NCBI GenBank assembly: GCA_964016885.1
Contig: OZ024743.1
Span: forward strand, 9,672,001 to 9,736,000
Direction of reading: 5' to 3'
Origin: Eledone cirrhosa
Taxonomy: Eukaryota
DNA length: 64,000 nt
Below are positions 25,671-37,949 of this stretch, piece after piece (the stretch's first letter is position 1; each line of letters begins with the position of its first letter). The position numbers were made by a program, and so were the translations under genes. The notes beneath the pieces are model-generated. The model made no database searches. It was not told the origin of the DNA and worked only from the letters and a program-made list of their open reading frames with translations.

Positions 25671-28600
25671 ATGGATGTGTTAAGAGTAGGATGTTTGAAT
25701 GCACGTGGCCTGGGCTCAACTTGGAAGCAAGCAAAGCTTCTAAATGACCTCAGGTCATGTAGTATAAATGTAATGGTTATCTGTGAGACTCGAATCAGCG
25801 TCATGCGGCAGCTGGCCCCCACCTTCGATGACTTTGAGGTGCATGCATCTCTCTGTCAACCTGGAGGTGGGGGTGGGGTTGTCGTGCTGCTGCAAAAACA
25901 CCTGGGTCTTGCCGTACAGGTTGTGCACTCGGACCCGGAGGGTCGTTTGTTGGTGCTAGACGTTGGCAGTAGTGAAAGTGCGGCCTTGAGACTGGTCGCC
26001 GTCTACTCCCCTTTCGGAGCTGAACGGCCCGACTGCTTCCAGCGTTTGGAGACTTTTCTGGGAACGTCGCGTTCCCTGCTTCTAGCGGGGGATTGGAATG
26101 ACATCCTAGCTGCACGTTGGGACTATGCAGGAGCATGTCCTAATAGAGGGGGGTGTAACAGCCTCAAGGGGTTACTCGACCGTTTTAACTTGGTCGATAG
26201 ATATCGACTAGATTTTCCAACTGTGCCTACCTGGACTTGGAGAAACCACAGTGGTCAATCTAGATCGTACTTAGATAGATTCTTAGTTAGAAGTAAGGAT
26301 AGGGACATATTAAGCTGTCCAGAAATGCGCACGGTTGGCTACACGGATCACAAATTAGTGACCTGCGTGGTCAATCTCGAGAAAACACATAGACAGGGTC
26401 CCGGTTACTGGAAACTTAATTTGTCTTTACCGGCAAAAGAGACTTACAGAAACCGGATTAGCAGATTAGTTAAGGAGAGGTTGACGGGTGCAATCGTCAA
26501 CAACCGATGGTGGGCATCTCTCAAAAGAGAGATTAGAACAGAATCAATAAGTTATAGCAAGATGTTAGCTGCCAATAGGAATAGAAACGAGAAAGAATTA
26601 ACAGGTAAATTAGAAGAGGCAATCAAGAGCGAAGATGTGGCCAGAGTGCTGGCATCGAGGACGGCCTTGAACCAGTTTTTCGATGCAAAGCATGAAGGCT
26701 GCGTCATTCGAAGTAAAATACGTGCTCTAGGTAATGAGGGGGCCAAAGCCGTTGGATGGGCCCGCGTGACAGAAGCTAAAAGTGGAAATCGATCCACCAT
26801 CCGGTCGTTGCAAGACGAAGATGGACGAGTGATCCGGGAGCCTAAGCAGATGTGCGAGGCCTTTCAAAAGCACTTTGCCCGATTGTTCGGGGGAGGCGAG
26901 GGTCCGGGCCGGGGCGTGGATTTCGGTCCATACCTCGACGGCCTGCCGCGTCTCTCGAACAAAGAGGCAGAGTCCTGCGAGGGACCAATCTCGGCTGATG
27001 AGATCGGAGATGCGCTGAGCCAATGCAGCAGACGCAAATCTCCAGGTCTCGATGGTATACCTTACGAACTTTATTTAGCAATGCCGGTCTTCTTCTCCGA
27101 ACTCCTCGAAGCGGTCTACTGCAATTGGCAGCAGAACGGGAGAATTCCTTGTTCTGTAGCCAAGGGCGTAGTCACGCTGGTGAGGAAGGACGAGAAAAAG
27201 GGGGATAGTATAAATAATTTTCGGCCCATAACCCTGCTAAACACAGAGTTAAAGATTTTGGCCAAGGTGTTAGCAAAGAGGTTGGCGCTTGTCGTGGGTG
27301 GCCTGGTGGGAGATGCGCAGACATGTGCTATCCCATCCAGGTCCATTCACGATAACCTCCACCTCATGCGATACATCATAGAGAGGGTTGGCAACAAACC
27401 CGGCTTCGGTGGGGCCCTGATCAACTTGGATCAGTCTAAGGCCTTCGATAGGGTCCACCATGGTTACCTGGATGCGGTGCTAGCGGCGGCTGGGTTCGGT
27501 CCTGTTTTCAGAGGCTGGATCACTGCCCTACATAGCAACCACATCTGTTCTAGGATCAAGGTGAACGGCTACCTTTCGAAGCCGTTCGAAATCACACGAT
27601 CCATTCGCCAGGGGTGCCCTCTCTCCTCCCTTCTGTACGTATTGACTCTCGAGCCTTTACTGAGGAAGTTGGAGTTGTTGCAGGGTATCCCCCTGGAACC
27701 AGGATTGAGCAAAGCGGTGTCGGCCTACGCCGATGACGTAACAGTAATGGTATCAACCGACTCGGAGATCGAGGCGATCGGTACCTTACTGGAGGAGTGC
27801 GAAAGGTTGTCAGGAGCGAAACTGAACCGGGAAAAATCCATCGGGCTGCAACTCGGAACGTGGAGAGGCAAACCGATGCCTCCTGACGGTGTCGTCGGAC
27901 ACTGGACGGAGGGCCCGGTAAAGTTGCTTGGGGTCTGGTTTGGACCGGACCTCCAGGTGGAAAAGAACTGGAACGAGGTTACGAACAAGGTGTTTGCACT
28001 AACCCAGAAATGGGCCAAGTGTAAGCTGTCCCTAAAAGGCCGGGCGGAGGTGGCGAACATTTACATAGCGTCCGTCACTTACTACCGCCTGACTGTCGTG
28101 CCTTGCCCTAAGGAAACACTCACCACCATGGAACGCATGCTCTTCCAATTTCTTTGGAAGAAGCGTCCTCCTATGGTGAGAAGATCCATCTGCTGCCAAC
28201 AACCTTCGAAAGGAGGGCTGGGGATGCCGTGGTTGATGATGCGTAGGCACGCATTAAGGCTACGGCACCTACAGGTATTCCTCACTGGTCAACCGGTGTG
28301 GGCTCCGTTCGTGAAACGAGCCTTTCCGAGACTCGTCTCACTCACCGAGCTACAGTCCTGGGTCAAGCAAAGATCCGGAAAACTGGGAGACTGGCACACT
28401 GAGTGTGCTCAGGCGCTCAGGGCTCTCTGGCAAGCGGGCCGGGCCATCGGTGGAGAATCCACCTCATCATTCTATAGAGGGCTGGTGGCTAGCAGGGGCG
28501 ATGACACCCTTGGAGAGTCGCTGGACATGGAAGAAGACGAACTGGCCAGCCTGTTCGGTAGGACTTTCGGCCCAGGACCAATGGACAACTTCCAGAAGTC

Positions 28601-29108
28601 ACTGGCCTGGCAGTGCTACCGAGGGGCTCTACCCGTTCGAGAGAGGCTCTACAGACACGGGCGCCCGGGCAGGGATCCCTCAAAAAAGATTTGCCCTAGA
28701 TGCGTGCGTCACGAAGAAACCGTGGCGCACGCATTGGTGCAATGTCCTGGCGTGGCTGATCTATGGGGCTACGCCGAACAACTGCTGTCGCGGGTGGCGC
28801 CGATTAAATTGACCGCCGAGTCCGTGATGACAATCAAACCGCCTCCCCTCTTCACAAAGGAAGCAAAGGCGGTTTTTCTGTGCGTAATAGCCATGTTGAA
28901 AGAGGTTGTTTGGTGGACACGATTGAAAGGTCTGAGGTCAGGCAACTTCCTCTCTGGCCATAGTCTGGTCTACTTCTTCCGATATCACTTCGGAAGAAGG
29001 ATAAGAATGGAGAGAGAGGTGCTTGGCCACAGGCAGTTTTATGAAAGGTGGGTGATAGTGGCGAGAATGGCTCGTGTAAATGGGCCTTCTCTGTATACCA
29101 TCCTGTAG
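25671..29108 (+). CDS. LINE ORF2: AP-like endonuclease, reverse transcriptase and C-terminal Cys/His domain
   Basis: LNARGL, ETR, GDWN, YLDRF, TDH; KSPGLDG, FRPITLLN, DQSKAFDRV, RQGCPLS, YADD; KGGLGMP; CPRC..ETVAHALVQC. Confidence 0.97.
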   Translation: MDVLRVGCLNARGLGSTWKQAKLLNDLRSCSINVMVICETRISVMRQLAPTFDDFEVHASLCQPGGGGGVVVLLQKHLGLAVQVVHSDPEGRLLVLDVGSSESAALRLVAVYSPFGAERPDCFQRLETFLGTSRSLLLAGDWNDILAARWDYAGACPNRGGCNSLKGLLDRFNLVDRYRLDFPTVPTWTWRNHSGQSRSYLDRFLVRSKDRDILSCPEMRTVGYTDHKLVTCVVNLEKTHRQGPGYWKLNLSLPAKETYRNRISRLVKERLTGAIVNNRWWASLKREIRTESISYSKMLAANRNRNEKELTGKLEEAIKSEDVARVLASRTALNQFFDAKHEGCVIRSKIRALGNEGAKAVGWARVTEAKSGNRSTIRSLQDEDGRVIREPKQMCEAFQKHFARLFGGGEGPGRGVDFGPYLDGLPRLSNKEAESCEGPISADEIGDALSQCSRRKSPGLDGIPYELYLAMPVFFSELLEAVYCNWQQNGRIPCSVAKGVVTLVRKDEKKGDSINNFRPITLLNTELKILAKVLAKRLALVVGGLVGDAQTCAIPSRSIHDNLHLMRYIIERVGNKPGFGGALINLDQSKAFDRVHHGYLDAVLAAAGFGPVFRGWITALHSNHICSRIKVNGYLSKPFEITRSIRQGCPLSSLLYVLTLEPLLRKLELLQGIPLEPGLSKAVSAYADDVTVMVSTDSEIEAIGTLLEECERLSGAKLNREKSIGLQLGTWRGKPMPPDGVVGHWTEGPVKLLGVWFGPDLQVEKNWNEVTNKVFALTQKWAKCKLSLKGRAEVANIYIASVTYYRLTVVPCPKETLTTMERMLFQFLWKKRPPMVRRSICCQQPSKGGLGMPWLMMRRHALRLRHLQVFLTGQPVWAPFVKRAFPRLVSLTELQSWVKQRSGKLGDWHTECAQALRALWQAGRAIGGESTSSFYRGLVASRGDDTLGESLDMEEDELASLFGRTFGPGPMDNFQKSLAWQCYRGALPVRERLYRHGRPGRDPSKKICPRCVRHEETVAHALVQCPGVADLWGYAEQLLSRVAPIKLTAESVMTIKPPPLFTKEAKAVFLCVIAMLKEVVWWTRLKGLRSGNFLSGHSLVYFFRYHFGRRIRMEREVLGHRQFYERWVIVARMARVNGPSLYTIL

Positions 29109-29557
29109 GTAAAGAAGTAAAGGAGAGGGGAGCACCTTCTCCATGTGCTCCCCGGCCAAAGGATTGCACACTTTTTCGGGGGTGTGTGCAACCCCCATCA
29201 CGTCCCCTCCCTTTTGAGGTTATTTTCGATTATTTTCATGTTACACCCTTTTTACTCGATTATATGTAAACTCCCCCTTTGTATTTGTCCCTTCTTTTTA
29301 TGCCTTTATGGTAAATAAAGAAATCTATCTATCTATCTATCTTTCTGTCTAACGTGTGGAATATCGCCGGTAAGTTTTTTGTTAATTTCTATGCAAAAAA
29401 CCGATCTAATTGTTTGAAAAAAATACAACACTTTGTAGATTAACCCCCAAGCTGAATTGTCAGCTGGGTGGTAATCCCATTTTTCGCCCCTGTAGGGGCG
29501 AAAATTTTATTTAAAAGTTTGTCTTAAAATATCAAATTTTACAAAGTAAAAAAAAAC

Positions 29558-31433
29558 TTGAGCAACACTAGAACGCTGGAGAACGTTAATAGTGAAAAGA
29601 GAGAGAAAGAGGCAGATATTAACGTTATATCTGCTTCTGCTGCTATGGACGTTGCCATAGATACTGTCACAAAAGAAAAAAATATATCAACATTTGAAAA
29701 TGTTACAATTTCTACCGCCGAAGCGGAGAAAAATGACAATAACACACGGGAAAACACGGCAAAAAACCCCATTGACATACATACACATGAAAAAGACATC
29801 AACAACTCTACAGATACATCTACACATACAATTTCCAAAAACGATAACATCATTATTAACAACAACATCACACAAAAAAAGAAAATGTCTTTTACTGACA
29901 CAGTCAACAAGAAACAAGATTTTATAAATCTTGATATCTCCAACGCAAGAGATATGCTCCAGCAAGGGAGAAAATTTGTAACTTTCGAAGAAAGAGGTGG
30001 GTTTAGAATTAACTCACCCCTTGAAATAAAGGAAGACACAAACCGCCGATCAGTCACTTTTAGGACTGTGTCAAATTCGTCAAGAAAACCGACATTTGTT
30101 AATCAGTCAGATATAGAAGATTCTTTCAAGGAGATTCTAGGAAATGTCGATTTTCTCCAGCGAGGAAAACAGTACGGAAGTGTTTCCGTACTGTTTAAAA
30201 GCGAGACACTGGCCCCAAAAAACTCTGTGACACCAATAGTGTCACAAGCATAGACCTTTTTCCCTACATACATGGGAAAAGGACACAAAAAATAAAAATA
30301 AAAAACATACCTCCAAGCATTAACATCTGGTGGATCTTGGCTGGCTTCGTAGAGCCAGAAACAGACATAATACTTTCGATACGAAAATCCATTCGACAAA
30401 GGTGGGCGGGCACCGATTTGGAGATTCTGTTGCAAATGAAACCGGAGAGAATCTCCAAAATACCCGAAAGAGTCGTTATTGATAATAACAACAAAATAAA
30501 CATTTCGGTAGAAGGAAGAAAATTTCACTGCTTTCGCTGTGGTAGCACATCTCACCTAAAAGCCTCTTGTCCACAAACGCACAACAGCAACATCATAAAA
30601 AAACGCTATTACCAACACCAACACCAAAACAACCACCACCACCACCACAAGTACAACGACAGACGAAACGAGCAACCACACCAAAACAAACAGACACTCA
30701 ACCAACAACAACAGAAAAAACAGAGACAACACCCCTGAAGAACACATCCCCACTCCATCCCACTCCATCAAACACTACCACAAACACACATACCTAAACA
30801 CCACCACCACCACACAACATACCCTTAACCCACACACCTGACGATGATTATTCATCGACGGATGAAGCTGCTTCTCCTTCTTTAAGTGAAGAAGAGGGAG
30901 AACCGCGGAAATCCAAAAAACAAAAAAAGAGACACCACAAAACCCCCAAAACTCCAATCACCAACACCAACACACAACCACAGATACAAACAACAACACA
31001 AACAACACCACAGTCAAACACCCCCCTATCAGCAAAACCAGCACCAACACCACCCCAAACACAAGCACCCACCATAAAAAGAAAACTCCCAGATGAACAA
31101 CAAACTAAAACAATACAACAAAAACACAAACAACAATACGCATACATCAACACAAACAACAAGAGTTTGATGGAGTTCATCTCCCAAAACCCCAAGGTGG
31201 AGACGGAGGGCAAAACTTTCGTCAAGGCAGAATCGTCTCCACACCTTAAACTTATAAGGGTTTCTATGGAAACCTATAAAGACCTGAAAATTAAATTTTC
31301 ACAGGACGTGGGCAACCCCTGCCACAAACCCATCAACCGCGTCCTGTTGAAAGGTTTCCCCACCCCACCCAACACCCCATCCAGCACCCAAATAGAGATT
31401 GAACAACCCGATCTCCAGGAAACGAAAAGGTAA
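29558..31433 (+). pseudogene. ORF1 of copy C with stop and frameshifts
   Basis: Fragments 29558-30253, 30337-30738 (CFRCGSTSHLKASC) and 31167-31433. Confidence 0.85.
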
Positions 31434-31474
31434 GTGCACCTTTCGTCCTTTTTCTCCAACTTTTCTTCACCAAC

Positions 31475-34400
31475 ATGGCTGGTTTACGAGTTGGAACCGT
31501 GAATGTGCGTGGCCTAGGAATGCCCTGGAAACAGGGCCAACTTTTAAACGACCTTAGGTCACACAGTATGGATGTGATAGCCATCACCGAGTCCAGAATC
31601 CACAACAGGCAGCAACTAACCCCCATCTTCGACGACTTTGAGATCTACGCATCTCTCTGTCAGCCAGGAGGTGGGGGTGGAGTGGCTGTTATGTTTCGGA
31701 AGAATCTGGACGTCGGAGTACAGCAAGTACACTTGGACCCGGAGGGTAGACTGGTAGTCCTAGACGTGAACGGTATCGGAGGTAGAGCCTTCAGACTGGT
31801 GGCCGTTTATGCCCCGACCGGGCAATCGCAATCACGGCCAGACTTCTTTAAGCGTCTAGAGTCCTTTCTGGGAACGTCTCGCTTCTTACTTTTAGTGGGG
31901 GACTGGAATGGTATCCTAGATGCACGATGGGACTATGTGGAAGCATGTCCCAGTAGAGCGGGGTGCAACAGCCTCAAAATTTTAATCGGCCAATTCCAAC
32001 TGGCCGATAGGTATCGACTGGATTTACCGACTGCACCACAGTGGACGTGGGTAAACCGCAGTGGGACATCTAGATCGTATTTAGATAGGTTCTTCATTAG
32101 AGAAAGGGACAAGGATATGTTAAGCTGTCCACGAATGCACATGGTTGCCTATTCAGATCACAAGTTAGTCGTCTGCTTAGTCAACCGTGATAGAATACAT
32201 AGACAGGGTCCCGGATACTGGAAGCTGAACGTGTCGTTGCCGGCACGTAAAGCTTACAGTGAACGGATAAGTAAACTAGTCAAGCAACAGTTAACGGGAG
32301 CCATCGTCAACAATAGATGTGGTACTCTCTCAAGAAAGCAATTAGAATAGAATCGATAGGGTATAGCAGAGAGTTAGCCTTAGAGAAAAACAGAATAGAA
32401 AGAGAACTAGTAGCCAAGGTAGAGGAGGCACTTAGAAGTGGCAACGCGGCTAGAGTGTTAGCGTCGAGAACGGCACTGGACCAGTTCTTCGATGCGAAAC
32501 ACGAAGGCTGCGTGGTCAGAAGCAAAACACGTGCTCTAGGAAACGAAGGACTGAAAGCTGTCAGCTGGCCCCGAGTGGCGGAGGCAAAAAGTGGCAACAA
32601 GTCCACGATTCGGTCTTTGAAAGACCTAAACGGACGCGTGCTACTTGACCTCAAGCAAATGTGCACGGCCTTTCAGCGGCACTTTGCACGACTGTTTGAG
32701 CAGAACGACGGTGAGCCGAACGGGGCAATGGACTTTAGTTCATACCTCGACGGCCTGCCGCGTCTCACGAACACGGACGCCGAGTTCTGCGAAAGACCGA
32801 TCACGGACACTGAGATACGGGACGCTCTGGGCCGCTGCGGGAAACGCAAGTCACCCGGTCTAGATGGTCTACCCTACGAATTTTACATAGGCATGCCGGA
32901 CTTGTTCTCTGGCGTCCTCGAAGCCGTCTACTGCAATTGGCAGCAGAACGGGAGAATTCCCAGTTCTGCAGGCAAGGGCGTAGTAACGCTGATCAGGAAA
33001 GACGAGAACAAGGGGGACGAAATTAACAACTTCAGGCCCATAACTCTGCTCAACACAGAGTTAAAGATTTTGGCCAAGGTGCTAGCGACGAGGTTGGCGC
33101 TTGTCGTCGAGAACCTGGTAGGGAAAGCGCAAACGTGTCCAATCCCGACCAGGTCCATACACGACAACCTCCACCTCATGCGATACATCATAGAGAGGGT
33201 GGGTAGTAAACCCGGCTTCGGTGGGGCTCTGATCAACTTGGATCAGTCTAAGGCATTCGATAGGGTCGACCATCAATACTTGGAAGCGGTTCTCAAGGCG
33301 GCCAGTTTCGGTCCCGTGTTCAGAGGCTGGATCGAGGCGATGCACACCAGCATCTGCTCAGGGGTCAAGGTGAACGGCTACCTATCGTAGCCGTTCGCAA
33401 TCACGCGTTCCATTCGACAGGGATGCCCTCTCTCCTCCATTCTGTATGTATTGACTCTAGAGCCACTACTGCGGAAATTGGAGCTGTTGCAGGGCATCCC
33501 CCTAGAACCGGGACTGCGCAAAGCGGCGTCGGCTTATGCCGACGACGTGACAGTAATGGTGTCGAGCACCTCGGAAATCGGGGTGATCGGCAACATACTG
33601 AAAGAATACGAAACGCTGACGGGAGCAAAACTAAACCCAGACAAGTCTGTCGGTTTGCAACTCGGTATGTGGAGAGGCAAACCGATGACATCCGACAGCG
33701 TCGTTGGACGCTGGACGGACGGACCGGTGAAATTGCTCGAGGTCTGGTTCGGTCCAGACCTCCAGGTGGAGAAAAACTGGAACGAGGTCACGGCCAAGGT
33801 GTTTGGACTCACTCAGAAGTGGGCAGAGTGCAAACTGTCCTTGAAAGGTCGAGCGGAGGTGGCGAACACTTTCATAGCGTCCGTCATCTACTACCGCTTG
33901 ACTGTCGTGCCTTGTCCCCGTGAACACCTCGCCAAGATGGAACGCATGCTCTTCCAGTTTCTGTGGAAGAAGCAGGCTCCGCTGGTGAGGAGATCCGTCT
34001 GCTGTCAGCACCCTTCCAACGGAGGGCTGGAAATGCCGTGGCTGATGATGCGCAAACATGCGCTGAGGCTGCGGCATCTCCAGGTATTCCTCACCGACCC
34101 CCAACCGGTGTGGGCACCGTTTGTGAGACAGGCTTTCCCACAGCTCGTCTCGCTAACGGAGCTGCAATCCTGGGTGAAGAAAAGACCGAAAACGATGGGC
34201 GCCTGGCACATTGAATGCGCTCAGGCGCTCACAGTCCTCTGGCAAGCGGGCGCAGCAATCAGTGGAGACTCCACTTCGACATTCAATAGAGGGATTGTAC
34301 GTTACAAGGGCGACGACGTGCTCGGAGAGACTCTGGGCGTCGAAGACGATGAGCTCACCAGTATGTTTGGTAGGACTTTCCGCCCAGGACCTATGGACAA

Positions 34401-34920
34401 CTTCCAGAGGTCCCTGGCCTGGCAGTGCTGCCGAGGGGCTCTACCGGTTCGTGACAAGATCTACAGGCACGGACGCCCTGGCAGGGATCCTTCCAAAAGG
34501 ACGTGTCCAAGATGTGCGCAGGACATTGAAACAGTTCTGCACGCAATTGTACACTGCCCGGGCGTAAGCGACCTGTGGAACTATGCAGAACAACTGCTGT
34601 CGCGTATGGGACAAATACAGTTGACTGCCGAGTCCATAGTAAGGATCAAACCGCCAGACTCTTTCAAAAACGAAAGAGAGGCGGTTTTCCTCTGTACTGT
34701 GGCTATGGTGAAAGAAGTTATATGGTGGACGAGGTTGAGAGGACTGAGGACAGATGCCTTTCTCTCCGGACAACAATTGATTCCATTCTTTAAGTATCAC
34801 TTTAGAAGGAGAATCATGGTGGAGAGAGAGGCACTGCACCCCAGTAAATTTACTGAAAGGTGGGTGAATGAAGCGAAAATGGCCCGAGTGATTGGGCCTT
34901 CTCTGTTTATAAGCCTGTAG
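31475..34920 (+). pseudogene. ORF2 of copy C with one frameshift (~32318) and one stop (33388-33390)
   Basis: ORFs 31475-32350, 32317-33390 and 33451-34920 together give APE-RT(YADD)-Cys domain. Confidence 0.93.
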
Positions 34921-35621
34921 GTTGAGGAAGAGAGCAAAAGGAAGAAAGGAGCACTTGCACAACACGCTCCTTGAGTTGAGGGTTGTTCTATCGACGGGGT
35001 ATTAAACAACCCATTTGTGGCGCCTCCCCCCTATTGGGGATTTCGATTGTTGAAATTGTTTGTTTTTATATTTTTTACACGACTGTATGTAAAATCCCCG
35101 GCATGTCTTTGTATTGTCCCCTTTCTTGTTGCGCCCTTGTGGCTAATAAAGAAATCTATCTATCTATCCATCTCTATCTATCTAACTATTTATCTATCTA
35201 TCTGTCAGCCAGATACTTATGTGTATGTGTGTGTAAAGTCACTTGTGACTTTCAGCTTCATATAGTAAATGTTCCACTTTTTCTTCTTGGTTGAGTTTAG
35301 AGCAAGGGACGGAGCATTTCGCCGTTATTTTGAGGCTAGTCGGATGGAAGCTGTTGACGTTCATCTTGGAAAAGTGAAAGAAAAAATCTTGTAAGGTGGT
35401 GAATTCTAGAGGGATATTCTATGAATAAAAGTCTGTGAACAGTGTTTATTGTAGGGCTTGATGTTGAATGAGGCAGGAGAAAATTGAGTGTAGATGTGGT
35501 ACGAGATTTGTCAGATCTTTAGGGCAGAGGCCGCTTTCGTCGTAGTAAAAAAAGATAGAGTGACAGAGAGAGAGGAATTAGAGAATATGTACGTGGGCTG
35601 GTATTTAGAGCACCATTATTT

Positions 35622-35798
35622 AATCGGTAGAGGGTCGGACGCTATGCTTTGCAGCAAAGAGTTACAGCCCTTTATGGTCTGAGGTCAAATCCCGCCGAGG
35701 TTAACTTTGTCTTTCATCCTTACGGGGTCGATAAAATAAAGTACCAGTAATGCACTGTGATAATTGCTGGTCTTGTGCCAGAAGTAGAAACAATTATT
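35622..35798 (+). mobile_element. tRNA-derived SINE copy
   Basis: Same family as 2664. Confidence 0.85.
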
Positions 35799-36793
35799 TA
35801 TTCCAATGAGTAGAGCGACATATTTTTGGGTGCGGTTCAGCTGATTCCATACATCAACAGCACTAGGAAGTAATAGAAACTTTTAATTAAAATTATGTAG
35901 GCATGTCCATATTTTGTCTTGATTCTTCTAATATACGTCATGTTCTTTATACATATTTACAGTATTGATTTAGCAGAGAATATCTCGAGATGCGTTTTAA
36001 ATGAAATACTTGTAGTGTCTTTACTGGTAGACAGATTGCTGCGAACATTTGCAGTATTAGTGGAAGGAAGTGGAAGGAATGCTGCTGCATAATTCATACT
36101 ACTCAAGAATGTCTTGCTAATTTGATGTCATGTGGTATTGGATGTTAACAGTTAATTAACTACATGACCAAACAAATGCACGTCATAAAAATTCGAGTAA
36201 ATATTTCAGTTACATTCTATACACTGCTCGACATGAATAGTGACTGCTATAAGTTCAGGTAGATTTCCTCTGATGAGAAGCCAATAATATCTGAAAAGCG
36301 AAAATAAATCTCTTATACGTTTCTCTCTCCAGTGATGACCAGATATACTTAAAAATTTTAAGAAAGGCAAATTAAGGAAAAAGAGATGGCGGGAAAGTTG
36401 AAGAAATAAAGGGATAAGGTTAGGATAAGTGCGGTGTACAGGCAAGTGGGATTGGGTGAGAATAGAAAATTGGTGGCGAGCGTTCAGCCTAGCATTGGTG
36501 CTATGTGTGTGTTGGTGAGATGTATTATTAGAGTGCTTTTTCTTTTATTTTCTTTGTGTGTATTTGTTCATGTTTGGGAGTATGTGTTAGAATGATGTAT
36601 ATTTTTCTCTTGATGTATGCATGTGTGCATGTGTGTGTGTGGGCTGCCATTCGGTCTATGCGTGTAGTCTTTGTGTATAGCCAATGCGAGTTTGTGTGTA
36701 TATTTATGTGACTGTGACTTTAGTAGCGTGTGTCTGCATCTATGTGCTGCTTGCGTGTGTGTGTGTATTGTTTATGTTGTGTTGTCCTGAATA

Positions 36794-36831
<38 letters not shown>

Positions 36832-36835
<4 letters not shown>

Positions 36836-36919
36836 ATAATAATAAATTTGAAGACTAAAATCCAAAGAGAGCTCGATAAGGATAAATATATATCAAATAT
36901 ATATCTGTTATTTTAATAA

Positions 36920-36922
<3 letters not shown>
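36832..36922. mobile_element. ~90-bp ends-only derivative of the 7482-10420 PLE family
   Basis: Left terminus (as 7482-7553) joined directly to the right terminus atctgttattttaataaata (as 10397-10416), within (TA)n. Confidence 0.8.
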
Positions 36923-36956
<34 letters not shown>

Positions 36957-37949
36957 CGTGCGCGTGTGTGTGTGTTACGTGCGTTTATGTGTGTCTATAA
37001 GTATGTTTCTCTCGAGATATGCCTACATGTGTCTGAATACAATTTGAAAAGTGTAGTAGCGTGAAAGAAGAATGTGGTTTGTTGAGAATATCCCACCCAC
37101 AAAGAAAAAAAGAAACTGTATTTCCAGCGAAGAGACGAGATTTCTGTAGAAGTTGAATTGAGAATATTCTCTATAGTCCAGGAAAGGAATTTAAAGAGGA
37201 ACAGATTGTCCTTGTAGATTAACATAGGATGGAACGTTTGTATTGTTATATTTTGTGAGTAAGTGTATCTGTGTGAGTATGTGTTGGAGCGTATGTGTGT
37301 GTGTGTTTGTGTATCTGTATGCTTAGTCAATGTGCATGTCCGTGTATGATTATTGTATGTGTGAGTAAGGGTTTAGCAATGTAACTGAGTATTATCAAAT
37401 ACATGTGAGTATGTATGTGCATTCTATATACATGCACCCGTTTAGATGTCTGTTAATGAGTGTGTCTGTGTAGACGTTTGCATGTATCTATATGTGTGCG
37501 CCTGTTTGAGCGTTCACATGTGTCAGCGTATGTGGTCTATGGGCGTGTGACATATGCACATTGGAAACATGTTCGTGTGTGTATTTGTGTACGTGCGAGT
37601 GTGTGTGTGTTTGTGTGTGAGTGTGTGTGTCTGTCTGTCTGTTTACCAGTGGGGATATGCCTGTGTGTATGAGACTGTGTTAGATTATTGTGTATGAGGC
37701 CGCATAAGGTAGGTGTGTCGATGCATGTATTTTTGTGGTTATGGAAATGTGTGAATTCGAGATAGGTGTGAGAGTTGGTGGGAATGAGGGGAGTAGATGT
37801 GAGGAAGGAGGTCTGAAAACGGAGAAGTCGATGAAGTTAACAAAAGTGGTAGACATAGAGTAAGTATAACCCAGGGCAGGATGGAAATACTCGATTTGTT
37901 CTCGGGTGAGAGAAGCCTCAACTTGGCCAACGAATGAGTTATAATATCA

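Larger units (their letters stand above)
23524..29323 (+). mobile_element. Tx1/L1-clade LINE, copy B (family 2, ORFs open)
   Basis: Two long open ORFs, AATAAAGAAA end, and (TCTA)n on both sides. Confidence 0.95.
29343..35154 (+). mobile_element. Tx1/L1-clade LINE, copy C (family 1)
   Basis: Same 5' start as copy A, few disabling mutations, ends AATAAAGAAA followed by degenerate (TCTA)n to ~35203. Confidence 0.95.

Noticed and set aside
18155-34965. Many antisense and alternative-frame ORFs inside the LINEs
   Set aside because: Shadow ORFs of GC-rich or skewed coding sequence, with no independent motifs.
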